Source: Octopus vulgaris
Lineage: Eukaryota
Reading direction: 5' to 3'
Assembly (NCBI GenBank): GCA_951406725.2
Contig: OX597816.1
Span: 158,534,001 to 158,598,000 of the forward strand
DNA: 64,000 nt
Positions 38,388 to 52,342 of the stretch are shown piece by piece. Both the position numbers and the translations under genes were made by a program. The notes under the pieces were generated by a model. It ran no database searches, was not told the origin of the DNA, and saw nothing but the letters and a program-made list of their open reading frames with translations. Positions within the stretch are counted from its first letter, which is position 1; every line of letters begins with the position of its first letter.

Positions 38388-38441
38388 CTCTACATCAGAG
38401 TCCCACTGTTCAAATTTTAAGAAAAGTGTATTGAGATCCAT
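38388..38441 (-). CDS. Candidate upstream or initial coding exon of the RhoGEF: MDLNTLFLKFEQWDSDVE
   Basis: ATG in a strong context (aaaaccATGG); GAG|gtttgt donor in phase 0, compatible with exon A; possible acceptor tttttttgacatag| at 38454. No transcript evidence. Confidence 0.42.
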
Positions 38442-41375
38442 GGTTTTGAAGCGTCTATGTCAAAAAAATCTTCAATTCATCTTTAATATTTTGATATTTA
38501 GAAAAAGACAAAAAAAACAAAAAAATCTAATCCACGTTTCAGAAATTAAGTTTTAGTTTCGCAAACGTTCATATTTCTGCTGAGTAATTATTTTATGCAA
38601 TAATTTAGTATTTTGGGTTGAAAGGAACAATTCTTGTGGAAAGACTGAGTGAAAATGAAATATCAGTATTTCTGTCTGCTTCCAATGGATGCCAAATTTT
38701 GTGTCGATTTATATGCAGTTGAGATATGTATTTTATATATGTATGTACATTTAAAAGGACAAATGGGAGAAAGAATGTCGAATTCATATATTATCACAAT
38801 AGAGATTATATATTTGTCCAAAATTTGCAATTCATTCTGTCGCGACTTCAGGTTTCTCACTTTTGTGTGTTTGTTCAGGTAAGTATAGATATACATATAT
38901 ACATGCATATATGTATTCGTGCAGCCATCTGGTTCGCCAGTCCTCAGTCAAATTGTCCAACCCATGCTAGCATGGAAAGTGGACGTTAAACAATGATGAT
39001 GATTACAGTGGTGGATTCAAGTTGTAAAAGAGTAAACAAAACAAAAGGTGACACCTATCAAACTATGTCCTGCATATTCAATCGTAATGTACAAAATTCT
39101 TTCTAGATAGAGAATTATTAAATACAATAAACACAGGATGAATTAAACCACTTGAATGCATCATCATAAATTACATAATACATATATTCTTTTAGATATT
39201 CACCGTTAAAAGAAATAACATGGTATTGATATAATATGCATCGGTTTATAGCTAAATCTTGACAATGATAATGATGATGTTGATAATGACGATGAAGATA
39301 ATGATGATGAGGATGGTGATGGTGATGATGACAGCAGAAGGTTGTACACGTTTCCAGCTACAGTACCTACTTATTACTTTTGTCTGAAATAGCTACTGCC
39401 AAGCTGGCTGTGTAAGATTAACCTGATTTAACAGGATTAAGCTTAAGCTAGAATTTATATGCCCCAAAGAGAAATGAGATTATTTCTATAGACTGTTTTT
39501 TTAAAATTTTTTTATTTATTTTTATTTATAGTAAAATCACTAATATATAGCTTTTGTTTTCTGTATCAGCTATCAAAAAAAAAAAAAAAAGAAAAGAAAA
39601 TCCCAGACAAGCCTTAATAAATATGTTTTGTTAAGTTACAAGAATGAATGAATCGATGAGACTAATTTAAGGATCTGCTCCAAAAATCTGAAAATCCCCA
39701 AAGGGCGTTTCTATGCCAGTCACTCAAATTAGCAAAATAATTTCTATTTTGGGATTTATATCTTTTATCTTTTACTTGTTTCATTTGTTAAACCATGGCC
39801 ATGCTGGAGCAACACCTTGAAAGATTCTAGTCAAACAAATCAACCCCAGTACCTATTATCTTTTTTGGAAAGCCTGCTACTTATTCTATAGTTCTCTTTT
39901 GCTAAGTTACAGGGACATAACTACACAAACACTGGTTGTCAAGTAGGGTGGTGGTGGGGGACAAACGCACACAAAGGCACACACACATACATTCTTTCAG
40001 TTTCTCTCTACCAAATCCACTAACAAGGCTTTGTCCAGCCCAAGGCAATAGCAGAATATATTTGCCCAAGGAACCATAATGGCACTGAACCCAGAACTAT
40101 GTGGTTGGAAAGCAAACTTCTTACCACACAGCCATACCTCTCCCATTTTCTTTTTGAGCTTTACAACTTTTAATTTATTACCTCCACCTTAGTGAAGGCA
40201 GAGGTATTGTTTTCAGTCATGTTTGTTTGTTTGTTTGTCTGTGGACAAGATATCTCAAGAACCACTAGATGGATTTGGATGAAACTTTCAGGTGTGTTTG
40301 GCCTCATGACTGGCATGAACTGTGAGTGGATTTGGTAGACAGAAATTGAAAGAAGCCCATCATATATACATATATATATAAGATATTTGTGTCTGTGTTT
40401 GTTCCCCAACCATCGCTTGACAACCAATGTTGGTGTGTTTATGTCCATGTAACTTAGTGGTTCAGCAAAAGAGACCAATAGAATAAATACTAGGCTTACA
40501 AAGAATAAGTCCTGGGGACGATTTGTTCGACTAAAGGCAGTGCTCCAGCATGGCCACAGTCAAATGAATGAAAACAAAGTGCAGCCAGTCTGGGAACTGA
40601 AACTACAATCTCACAATTGTGAGTGCAACATGCCTAACTGCTAGGCCACACACCTTCACACACACAATTCTTTTTGGGAATAGTGGACCTTGAAGCAAAT
40701 AAGGCTATAAATAATAACACGTAAGTATTGAGCTCCAGCATTCTTTGACTTTTTCAATCCAAGACGTTTTTTCTTTTTTAGCATACTATTATTATTATAG
40801 CTTTATTTGCTTCAAGATTCACCATTCCAAGAAAGAATTATTTTGATACCATCAATAAATATAGATGTATTTAATCATTATTTTCATAGGTGCTTTTTGT
40901 ACCCCAGTAGGAGTTGGATGAAATTTCATAGAGGGAGCAGTATTCTATATATATATGATGGGCTTCTTTCAGTTTCCATCCACCAAATCAACCCACAAGG
41001 CTTTGGTTGGCCCAAGGTTTCACATGGTGGGACTGAACTCGGAACCATGTGCTTGGGAAGCAAACTTCTTGTTACATATAGCCTTCACCCATCAAAATGA
41101 AACACCTGACGAAACACTTATAGTGATTGTTTTGTTTTTCTCAGTCTCAATTATACATTCTGCTACTCTTTTACTTGTTTCAGTCATTTGACTGTGGCCA
41201 TGCTGGAGCACCGCCTTTAGTCGAGCACATCGACCCCAGGACTTATTCTTTGTAAGCCTAGTACTTATTCTATCAGTCTTTTTTGCCGAACCGCTAAGTT
41301 ACAAGGATGTAAACACACCAGCATCGGTTGTCAACCGATGTTGGGGGGACAAACACAGACATACATACACACACA

Positions 41376-41437
<62 letters not shown>

Positions 41438-41439
41438 AT

Positions 41440-41660
41440 AAGGCGAGCTGGCAGACACGTTAGCGCGCCGGGCGAAATGCTTAGCGGTATTTCGTCTGTC
41501 GTTACGTTCTGAGTTCAAATTCCGCCGAGGTCGACTTTGCCTTTCATACTTTCGGGGTCGATAAATAAAGTACCAGTTTCGCACTGGGGTCGATGTAATT
41601 GACTTAATCCCTTTGTCTGTACTTGTTTGTCCCTTGTGGGCAATAAAGAAAAAAAAAAAA
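41440..41660 (+). mobile_element. Full-length SINE family A inserted in the (TA)n tract of a family B SINE
   Basis: GGCGAGCTGGCAGACACGTTAGCG...GAGTTCAAATTCCGCCGAGGTCGACTTTGCCTTTCAT...A-rich tail, flanked by (TA)n on both sides. Confidence 0.92.
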
Positions 41661-44645
41661 ATATATATATATATACACACACATACGACGGGCTTCTTTC
41701 AGTTTCCATCAACCAAATCCACTCACAAGGCTTTGGTTGGTCCGAGGCTATAGTAGAAAACACTTGCCCAAAGTGCCATGTGGTAGGACTGAACCCAGAA
41801 CCAAGTAGTTTGTAAGCAAGCTACTTACCATACAGCCACTCCTACGCCTACAGTAATGTTTGTCTCTCATTACTTCAGGTTTGATAAAATAATCACCAGT
41901 AATTATACCATTTTGTAACTTTTGGTTCCAAGTTCTAATCCATGTAAAGTTCACCTTGTAATCTTTCAAGGTTGATAAAATACATACTGGTAATTGTACT
42001 GAGCTTAATTTAAGTCAGCCGAACACTTTCCAAACAAAATTAAAATTTATGACCAGTACAAACACATAAACTTTGAAAACTATTCCTGTCTTTCAATAAC
42101 AACAACAACCACCACCACAAGAACAAATGATCAGCGTTGCTACACACACCCAGGTCTCTTGTCTATAGTTTACTTTTAGCTTGATATTCAATAGAAGAAC
42201 TTGTTTAACAGCTGCACCTACTAAATATCAAATGATTAAAATCTTTACACTCAGCATTGTTTCAGCATATTTACAGCATATTTAACTTGGGGCAGGAGTG
42301 ACTGGGATTGAGGTGGAGCTCATCTTTTACTTAACAATCACATACATGCACACACATACGGCTGCCGTTATTGCCACTTATTAAGAGACTTTACACTACA
42401 TTGTTGTTGACTGATCGAAAAGGTCTTCACAATCATGGCATACCCTGCAGCCCAATGATTTCCCCCATGAACCAAAGAATGGAATCACTTGTTTAAATGT
42501 AAACCTCCAAAATTAGTGAAGAGGAGGAACCATCATCAACATCCTCCAAATTCTATTTTCCATGCTGGCATGGGTTGGATAGTTTGACAGCAACTGGTCA
42601 GTCAGAGAACTGACCAGGCTCCAATTGTCTGTTTTGGTATGTTTTCTATGGCTAGGTGCCCTTCCTAGCACCAACCACTTTACTTTTTGTGTGGAACTGG
42701 CATGGGTGCTTTTTACATGGTGCCATTATGCAGCTTTTTATATGACACTCTCATGGATCTGTTATATGTCACTCTAGTATGGATGCTTAATAAGTGGCAT
42801 CAGTATGAATGTTTGTTTATGTGGTACCAGCATGGGTGCTTTCTACATGACACCCGGCACCATATTTTTTAATTTCAAATTGTATAACAAGCTAGATGTC
42901 ACACAGCTGAGTTTATGATTTAGTGACTCAAGTATACACTCAAGATTAGGGGAAGGAAAGAGATACCTTATTTTTATCAATATTAAATTGCATTTTTATC
43001 TTATCATAACTCTGTTGAATGATAAATGGTAATGATAAATATAATTCTGAGCTGCAGGGGGCTTCATGAAGCCTGCGCTTAACTTAGAGCTCTGTAATAT
43101 AAACCAGAGAGTCAATTGCGGTTAATATTTCCAGAAGATCAATGTCCCACTGAATATACAAGTGCCACAGAAAACTTCATCTAAATATAGTACCAAGTAT
43201 CAGTCTCCTTCGTTATATCAACAGGAGGTGTTAAAGTAAGGTAACTAAACACAAGGTACCTATTTACAGCTAAGTGGAATGTGACATTTAAGTAACAGGT
43301 GTTTTGACAATTGATGCATAAAACTCACCCAGCCATAGTGTCTGTCTCAACTTAAGCCAACCGAGAAGTTTCTCTGCCAGTGGCTTCTCCTATTTCTCTA
43401 ATCTCGTCACACTATTTCTCTACGCATAAGTTACGAGACTTCCTTGCCTTACTCCAATAGAGAAAATAAGTTCTGGAGCAAAATCCTCTATGCCCTTAGT
43501 GCATTTTGGCATTCTCTCTGCACTGCTCTGTTGTTAGAATTAGGGCCCCTGCTACATTGCCTTGGGAACAGAGGGTGCAGGGAATGTGCTTGCACCTGAT
43601 AATTTTTTGTTTGGAGGTGTGTTAATGAAAATCTTTTGAACATCCTCCTGAAGAACAGGGTTTGCATCCATTAGGCAAATTTTGTTGCCAAGGTTGACTA
43701 TGCCTCTGCATGTGTATCAGCCATCCTGGCAAGATCTTTTTTTCGGAAGACTGATGGTTTTTATGTATACAGTCTCCCAACATCCATAGTTTATATCCAA
43801 AGGAATGACTACCAACTTGGGTCAATACAGTTTGGCATTGGTGTTATCTCAGGTAACCTGTCTAATAGTCTTGCCAATCCACTGTCCTGGATTTGTACTT
43901 TTCTATTGGTCTTAGAAAGGATGGAAGTCAAAGTTGACCTCAGTGGGGTTTGAGCATAGAATGCAGAGAGCTAGAACAAATACTGCAAGGCATTCTGACA
44001 TTAACAAGTCAATGCACACACACACACTATATAACATACATACATGTAAGCATATATATATATTTATTCCTTTATTGCCCACAGGGAGCTAAACATAGAG
44101 GAGACAAACAAGGACAGACAAAGAGATTAAGTTGATGACATCGACCCCAGTGCATAACTGGTACCTATTTAGTCAATCTCGAAAGGATCAAAGGCAAAGT
44201 TGACCTTGATGGAATTTGAACTCAGAACGTAGCGGCAGACAAAATACCGCTAAGCATTTTGCCTGGGGTGCTAACGATTCTGCCAGCTCGCCACCCTAAT
44301 ATACATGCATATGCAATTCAACACATACACACATTATATACACAGCATACATACATACAAGCATACCAATATTAAACAAATAAGCATACATACAAAGATA
44401 TACATATATGCTTATGTGTTACCTCCACCCCAACACCACATTTTTACAAACTTCCACTTTACAGTCCAGATTGTAAGAGTAATTGTAATTCATTTTGAGT
44501 GTTGCCTGGAGTCTTTCAATGATCACATCAACTCTACCTCTAAAGTGTTGCCATATCAAATAAATACAATAGATCAAAAAGAATTCCTCATTGCTTTGCT
44601 TAACAGTTAGATAATGCCAAATGTACCCCTTACTTAGTGATTTAA

Positions 44646-44865
44646 TCCTTTAGTGTTTAAATCGGCCATATCCGGCCAAAATATTCTACCTATTTTATAT
44701 TCAAACTACTCAGATATGGTCATTCATAGCTATCTTATTGTGTCATTTTAAAAATAAAGAATCACATCATTGAAATCTCAAAGCCATGAAATGATGCAAG
44801 ATTAATTTTACATGGTGTGAATACATAAGCTTTACATTTTACAGAATAATCTGAATGCTAAAGGG
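44646..44865. mobile_element. Family F MITE, uninterrupted (220 bp)
   Basis: TTAA|TCCTTTAG ... CTAAAGGG|TTAA. Confidence 0.85.
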
Positions 44866-44996
44866 TTAACTGGCTGCAACTGGTATATCAAGCATGAGAA
44901 GTCTAAGTAAAAGATACAGACAGAGGAATTAACACTATATGTAAATTAGACTTAGGAGAGATAAAGATAAAAAGAAACCAACTATTTATAATAGAC

Positions 44997-45727
44997 CAGT
45001 GCTTCTCACGCTATCTGATGTGGCATACCAGCAGGTTTTTTTTCCAATGTGCCATGGACCGGTAATATTTCTTAGTAATATTAATTTATACTGGAAACAA
45101 TATATATAATGAATATAATAAAAGTTGATGATTTTTTTAATCGTGTATTTATTTTGTAAACAAATAATATAATATTCTTTTCTACTCTAGGCACAAGGCC
45201 TGAAATTTGTGGGGAGGGGGCCAGTCGATTAGATCAATCTCAGCACGCAGCTAATACTTAATTTATTGACCACGAAAGAATGAAAGGTAAAGTTGGCCTT
45301 GGCGGAATTTGAACTCGGAACATGAAGACAGATGAAATACCGCTAAGCATTTCACCTGGCTTGCTAACATTTCTGCCAGCTTGCCACCTTTGATAGGAAA
45401 TATGTTCTTTTCTACTCTAGGCACAAGGCCCGAAATTTTTGAGGAGTGGGGCCAGTCAATTATATTGACCCCAGTATGCAACTGGCATTTAATTTATCAA
45501 CCCCGAAAGGATGAAAGGCAAAGTCAACTTTGGTGGAATATAAACTCAGAATGTAAAATAGATGAAATACCACTAAGCATGCTAACATTTTTCCCAGCTC
45601 ACCGCCTTACAAATAATACAATATTACAAAAAGCGTTTTATGTTTCTTTCTTTTCTGGAAACTCGCCGTGTACCAGCAATTGATGGCTCGCAGACCGGCA
45701 CCAGTTTGTGGACTTTGAGAAGCACTG
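44997..45727. mobile_element. hAT-type MITE containing a SINE A dimer (45177-45609)
   Basis: TIR CAGTGCTTCTCA/TGAGAAGCACTG; 8-bp flanks taatagac/tacaagac; the dimer is flanked by caaataata(t/c)aatatt. Confidence 0.82.
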
Positions 45728-46678
45728 TACAAGACAACGCTACAATAGAGAGAAGAAATTTGGTTTTATTTTTAATATTTTTTTTCACCAGTCTGTCCAC
45801 AAGGTGATTAATGATTATTCATTTCTTTGGTAAACAAAATAGTTTGAAACTTAAGTAATTCTAATCTTAAATGAGATTAGTTTACACACACACACACACA
45901 CATTTTACATATCTTAGTCAGTAGAGTATGGCAGTGTTGGGGAACCACTGTGAAGTGTTTACTCAAACAAATCAACACCACTATTTATATTAAAGCCTAG
46001 TACCTATTCTGGTGGTCTCTCATATGACACTCTATTGGTAATGACAAAGGTTCCAACTGATCCAATCAATAGAGCAGCCTGCTCATGAAATTAATGTGCA
46101 AATAGCTGAGCACTCCACATACACGTATATCTTTAATGTAGTTCTCAGAGAGATTCGGCATGATATAGAATGAGGTAAGGCTGGTCCCATTTTTGCTACC
46201 TGAGTGGACTGAAGCAATGTGAAATAAAGTGTCTTGCTGAAGGACACAACAGACCACTAGGAATTGAACCCACGACCTTAAGATCATAAGCCAAACACCC
46301 TAACCACTAATCCATGCACCTTCCTCTATCTATCTGTCTGTCTGTCTATATATACACGTAAAAGCATTCATAACACTCTTGGATTGGTTGGTAAAAGAAG
46401 TAGAATAAAGTTTTTACATATGTATATGTTTATACAACACTATGTATATAGCCATCATCTATATATCATCATCATCGTTTAACATCTGCTTTCCATGCTG
46501 GCATGGGTTGGACGGTTTGACTCCGGTCTGTCAAGCCAGTGGGCTGCACCAGGCTCAATCTGATCTGGAAATGTTTCTACATCTTGATGCCCTTCCTAAT
46601 GCCAACCACTCTGAGAGTGTAGTGGATGCTTTATACATGCCACCAGCACAGGAGCCAGTCAGGGGGCACTGGCATCAA

Positions 46679-46714
<36 letters not shown>

Positions 46715-46889
46715 CATACATACATACATACACACACACATACGTACACTCTCTTTCTCTTACCAGTGTGCACACACACACATGCATGTATGTATGTATA
46801 TATGTATAAAGTAAAGAAAGCAACTGGTAAAATATGGACTACAAGCCAATAGTGCATATTTCAGTAAGCTTATTGTACCATTTTTACCT

Positions 46890-47223
46890 AAATTCCTCAT
46901 GATCATGTTTACAAAATCAAATCAAAAAGGTAACACAGCATCCATGATTTTCGGAAACAATTTTTCATGCTCAGAATTGCTGAGGTGTGGAATAAACTAT
47001 CCACATCAGTAGTTGACTGTCAGGTCACTGCATTCTTCAAAACTTCCAAGCTTCAAGAAATTCACCAGTAGTACACTTGGTGCCCCCCACCCACACCTTT
47101 TTAGCAACTCATTCATTGTTCATTTCCAGTGCATTATTCTATGTGCTGTTCATGCACTTTTAACTACTTTTTTCTGTTGAGTTGCAGTGCACTTGAGCAC
47201 TGTATACAATAATCACATTATTA
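46890..47223 (+). mobile_element. CR1-group LINE 3' end (same family, more diverged)
   Basis: HDFRKQFFMLRIAEVWNKL and the shared tail GAGCACTGTATACAATAAT. Confidence 0.82.
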
Positions 47224-47438
47224 AAGGCAGTGAGCTGGCAGAATTGTTAGCACGCCGAATGAAATGCTTAGCAGTATTTTGTCTATCTTTATGTTCTGAG
47301 TTCAAATTCCACCGAGGTCAACTATGCTTTTCATTCTTTCGGGAGTCAATAAATTAAGTAAGCTACTTACCACAGCAATTCCTGCACACACACACACACA
47401 CACACATATATATACGTATACACACATACATACACATG

Positions 47439-47745
47439 GTGAAGGTGTATGGCTCAATGGTTAGAGTGTCAGGCTTACAATCATGAGGTAGTTAGTTCGA
47501 TTCCTGGACTGGGCTGTGTGTTGTGCTCTTGAGCAAGGTGCTTAACTTCACATTGCTCCAGTTCACTCAGCTGTAGAAATAAGTTGTGATGTCACTGGTG
47601 CCAAGCTGTACTGCCCTTTGCCTTACCCTTGGATAATATCAGTGGTATGGAGAGGAGAAGCTGGTATGCATGGGCGACTGCAAGTCTACCATAAACAACT
47701 TTGTCCAGACTTGTACCTGAGAGTGAAACTTTCTAAGTGCTATCT
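47439..47745 (+). mobile_element. tRNA-derived SINE family D
   Basis: Head TGGCTCAATGGTTAGAG...AGTTCGATTCC and a CTTGAGCAAG...CACTCAGCTG core. Relatives at about 5290-5612 (+), 33960-34250 (-), 36053-36446 (-), 46025-46324 (-), 54700-54935 (+) and 63345-63625 (+), with at least two alternative 3' halves. Confidence 0.85.
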
Positions 47746-48131
47746 TACATACCAAATGTTTTTCTGCGATGCACACACTCAAACACACACGTGTGAGCGT
47801 ATACAAGTAATGTTTGTACATATATGCAGCTGTGACCCTTAAGAAATCAGCATACCTACAAAGGTATCCCCTGTTAAGGTATTTAATTCCTTCAGGAAGT
47901 TAAGGCATTTTAATTCCTTGGGGGAGGAGGGATTTAGGGGAAGCAGGGAACAGTACAAACTCACCTTACCTCCCAACACAACAAATATTTATATTGTTAT
48001 GTCCCACCCCACTCATAACTTCTGTCTGTACTTTTCCCTTGACAAACATCTGAACCTACATATAAAAAAAAGGGGCTGGTTTCTTATACATTTTTTTAGT
48101 TTTAGGCAAAATATATTTTACAAGGGAATGG

Positions 48132-48178
<47 letters not shown>

Positions 48179-48504
48179 AAGATTCCTTTTCTTCTTCCTC
48201 CTCCCAAATGTCCCTAATCCATCTGTTTTTATTAGGGAAGAAAAAGGTATCTAATCTTATGACCCCTTGCTCTGTAAGAGGTTAGCTAGAGTTAGTGATG
48301 TGACATGGTTGTGGTGCTTCCTTTTCCTGGTTGTGTACAGGTAATGTTTGTGGGGTTGTTCTAGCATTAAGGATGCGGTGGTAGTGTTACTGGTACTTTT
48401 ACAGTGTAGCTGATGGTGTTACTGTGTTGCCAGTTGTGTTACAATGTTGGTGATGGTGTTACAGTGTTGTTGTTGAAAGTGGTAGTAGTATTAGTAGCTG
48501 CTAG

Positions 48505-48640
48505 TGGTATTATAGTATTGGTAGTTGTTGATGGTGTCATTATTATCGTATAGGTAGTTGTTGATAATGGCAGTGTTATAGTATTGGTTGTTGTTGATAG
48601 TGGCAGTGTTATAGCATAGGTAGTTGTTGATGGTGTCAGC
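48505..48640. repeat. 33-bp minisatellite, 4 copies
   Basis: TTATAGTATTGGTAGTTGTTGATRGTG units. Confidence 0.8.
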
Positions 48641-48759
48641 TACAATCCTGTTGGTGGTGTTGCAGTGTTGCTTGGTGCTAGACTGATGCATGTGATGTTA
48701 CAGTGTTGTTAGTGCCATTAGGGAAGTGATGACAATGATCTGGTGTGGGTGTGTTACTA

Positions 48760-48893
48760 GGCGCAGGAGTGGCTGTGTGGTAAGTAGCTTGCTTACCAAC
48801 CACATGGTTCCGGGTTCAGTCCCACTGCGTGACACTTTGGGCTGACCAAAGCCTTGTGAGTGGATTTGGTAGACAGAAACTGAAAGAAGCCCG

Positions 48894-48948
<55 letters not shown>

Positions 48949-49154
48949 CTTGTGTGTCTGTGTTTACCCTCCCCCCAACATCGCTTGGCAACTGATGCTG
49001 GTGTGTTTACGTCCCCGTAACTTAGCAGTTCGGCAAAAGAGACCAATAGAATAATTACTAGGCTTACAAAGAATAAGTCCGGGGTCGATTTGCTTGACTA
49101 AAAGGTGGTACTCCAGCATGGCCGCAGTCAAAAGACTGAAACAAGTAAAAAGAG
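48760..49154 (+). mobile_element. SINE family B, near full-length plus-strand copy
   Basis: GGCGCAGGAGTGGCTGTGTGGTAAGTAGCTTGC...(TA)n...GCATGGCCGCAGTCAAAAGACTGAAACAAGTAAAA. Confidence 0.92.
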
Positions 49155-50876
49155 CAACAGTGAAGTGGTGGCAGTGATGCTGGAGGTGTTGGTATTGGAA
49201 ATGTGACAATCTATTGTTGTTTACCCTCGAGTCAACCCACACTGAGTCATCCTCCAATCAAAAACATTTCAGATATGACCATCCAAACTTTTACAGGATT
49301 ATCTAAGATTACATTGTCCAACATCCTTTCTTGTTCTATCTGGTGAGGTTTGATTGGCGGGAGATTTGGCTGCTATTTCTTGCAGGCTGCACAATCAGAG
49401 GCTCCTCCTTCGGTTCATGATGTTATAGGTTTATGGTCAAGTGGAGTCATAATGGTATGTGATGGTAGTGTTAGCAACATGATTGTTGTTGGAGGTGATG
49501 TAGCAGTGTTATGGTATTACAGAGCCAGCAGGTGGTGGTCATGGTGGTGTTGTTGTTGTTGTTGTGGCAGTGTTGGTTCTTAGTGTTAGCAGTACACTTT
49601 GTTTTATTTTGTTCCTTTTATTCCATGGTTTCCTGGTTCTTTCCACAGCAACTACCATCACCACGACTACTACTACAATGCAGCCACCACTGCCCCAACC
49701 ACCACCACAATCACCATTACTACTACTTGTCTATTCCTAAAGGTAATTTCAAGAAAGCAACACAGATTGCCCAAGATTTTACCTTTCTCATGTATTAAAT
49801 TTATTTTTGTATGAGTGTCTATGTGGGGTAGGGGAAGGGGGTGGCAAACCAGATGTTAATGCTGTTAGTCTCATTCCCCCCCTTCTCTTCTCTCTCTGTA
49901 TTAACCAGAAGAAAGTGTGTATGTGTGGGGGAGATGTATTCCAACACACACACATACACACACACACAGAGCTGAAGAATAATATTATTTATCTAAACAG
50001 CAAAATATTATCATTGAGAAGATCTGTTGTTTGGATAAATAACAGGAGAAAATTGAAAGAAAACAAAATAGACAGATACATGTGAGAGAGAAAGAGAGAA
50101 GGGGAGAGAAGGAGAGAGAGGAGGAGAGAGAGAGGGAGAGAAGGAGAGAGAAGTGTCAGTGAGAGGTGGGAGAGAGAAAGAGGTTGATGAATTGAGGGAA
50201 ATATATTGATAGAGAAAGAGGGAAGGAGAGAGAGAGAGAGAGGTGACAAGTGACAGAGAGGTGATGAGTGACAGTGTGTTTGTATGTGTGTGTATGTGAG
50301 AGAGAGAGAGAGAGAGAGAGAAAGAGACATTGTCAGGGGGAGAGAGAATGATGGCAGATAAGAGAAAAAGAAAAGACTGATAAAGACAATCATGCAACAG
50401 ATGTAGACTCCCACCACCTTCTACCTCCACCACCTGGCCAGCAGCACACTTTGAGACAGTTGCAGTATCCAAAGGAAAACAAAAAACAAAGTGTCACTCG
50501 AGTCTCAACGGAGTTCGGCTGTCCCTGTGAGTGAGACTGTTATGGAGCATTTTCAGGTGTGCTTTAATGGTTGCTGTAATGAGATGTCAACCATCTGTAA
50601 AGTTAGCCCTGCTAGTAAGACAACCTTGTAGTTTCTCTCTCTCTCCCGATCATTTCTCTTTTTACGAAAAGGGAAATGAAACAGAGTTGATGTGGCACCC
50701 TCTCCTCATCAGATAGGCTGTCATTTCTAGCAGGTTGAGTGACTGAGTGGAGGCTCTCTCATTGTTTAGAAGTTTATAAAGTTTATAACAGCAGTGTTGG
50801 AAAAAGGTAAGGAACCATTAAGAACAGTTAAGAGAAAGGGAGCAAAAGAAAAAAAAATTAAGCAAGATTAAATATA

Positions 50877-51111
50877 TATTTCTTTACTACCCACAAGGGG
50901 CTAAACATAGAAGGGACAAACAAGGACAGACAAACAGATTAAGTCGATTACATCAACCCCAGTGTGTAACTGGTACTTAATTTATTGACTCCGAAAGGAT
51001 GAAAGGCAAAGTCGACCTCGGCGGAATTTGAATTCAGAACGTAACGGCAGACAAAATATGGCTACGCATTTCGCCTGGCGTGCTACTGGTTCTGCCAGCT
51101 CACCGCCTTAC
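50877..51111 (-). mobile_element. Full-length SINE family A with 14-bp TSD
   Basis: TSD caagattaaatata at 50863-50876 and 51112-51125. Confidence 0.92.
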
Positions 51112-51956
51112 CAAGATTAAATATAAGTAACAGCTGAAAGTCCCTCATGAAAAGATGCTCACTCTAGAGTGTTTGAACTGTATGATATCTCAAAGGATAC
51201 AAAACAAATTTTATGCAGATAAGATGGGGAACTAATACTAGGAATTTCTAGAGGATAGAAGATTGTTGAACATTACATCAGCAACCTGTTGACAACTAAG
51301 GGATCACTGCCCTGAGAAGAGAAACCTTGTTTTTTTAGCTCAGCAAAGTTGTGTATAGGCAATTACAGAAAACCCAGTTTATAAAAGGTGATGGAAATCA
51401 AAGAGGGTCAGGGTTGTAGGGTGCTATAATTATACAATTATTTCATATAATGAAACGATAAAATAAGAAAGTATATAATTACACACACGAAAAAGGGAAT
51501 TATATACAGTATAAAACAGTAAAAAGAAAGAGGAAGCAAAAAAAAAAAAAAGATAGTTATGTGGTCCTCCTGATACAGGAGGACTTTCAGGATTAATTGA
51601 GCAACCTGCCAACCAAAATCTTGAACACCCAGGGCAAATGCCCTCTCTAATTTCTTTTCTATATTGGCATGAGTTGGATAATTTCACAGGAGCTGGCAAG
51701 GCTAGGAGCTGCACCAAGCTCCATTGTCTGTCTTGGCATAATTTCTATAGCTATTTTACAGAATGTACTGGGTGCTTTTTACAGGACACCAGTACCAGTA
51801 ATTTTTACATAGCATCATCACTGACAGGGTCACCAAGTACATTATTACAAGACAAAAACTCTCAACTGGGAGGAAGGAGTAGTACTGAAGTGGAGGAGGC
51901 TTTGTGCCAGTTCAGACTTTAAAGATATAGAGGAACAGAGATAGGAGTCTTGCTTG

Positions 51957-52309
51957 TTATTTCCACCTAAGCAAAGGTACTGTTTTCAGTTGTGTTTGTT
52001 AGTTTGTCTGTGGACAAGATAACTCAAGAACTGCTGGATGGATTTGGATGAAACTTTCAGGGATGTTTGGCCTCATGACTGACACAAACTGATTACATTT
52101 TGGGATCAATCCAGTACTGGACAAGGATATTGGATTATTTTTCCTGTTTTTTTTTTCTACTTAATTTTTGAGAGTGGACGGGTTTGTTTTTGTGAGAGCA
52201 GTTGAGTTTATTTCAGATATTCTCATTTTAAAAATCATCTCTGGCTAATTGTTGAGAGGACGTTGAGTGTTGCCTTCGCAGAGGTTTGTGCTCTCTGAGT
52301 ACTCTTGTT
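51957..52309 (+). mobile_element. Non-autonomous Helentron/DINE-1-like element
   Basis: Reverse complement of 9794-10155; ends GCAGAGGTTTGTGCTCTCTGAGTACTCTTGTT. Confidence 0.78.
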
Positions 52310-52342
52310 ACTATTATTATTTATTATTATTATTATTATTAT

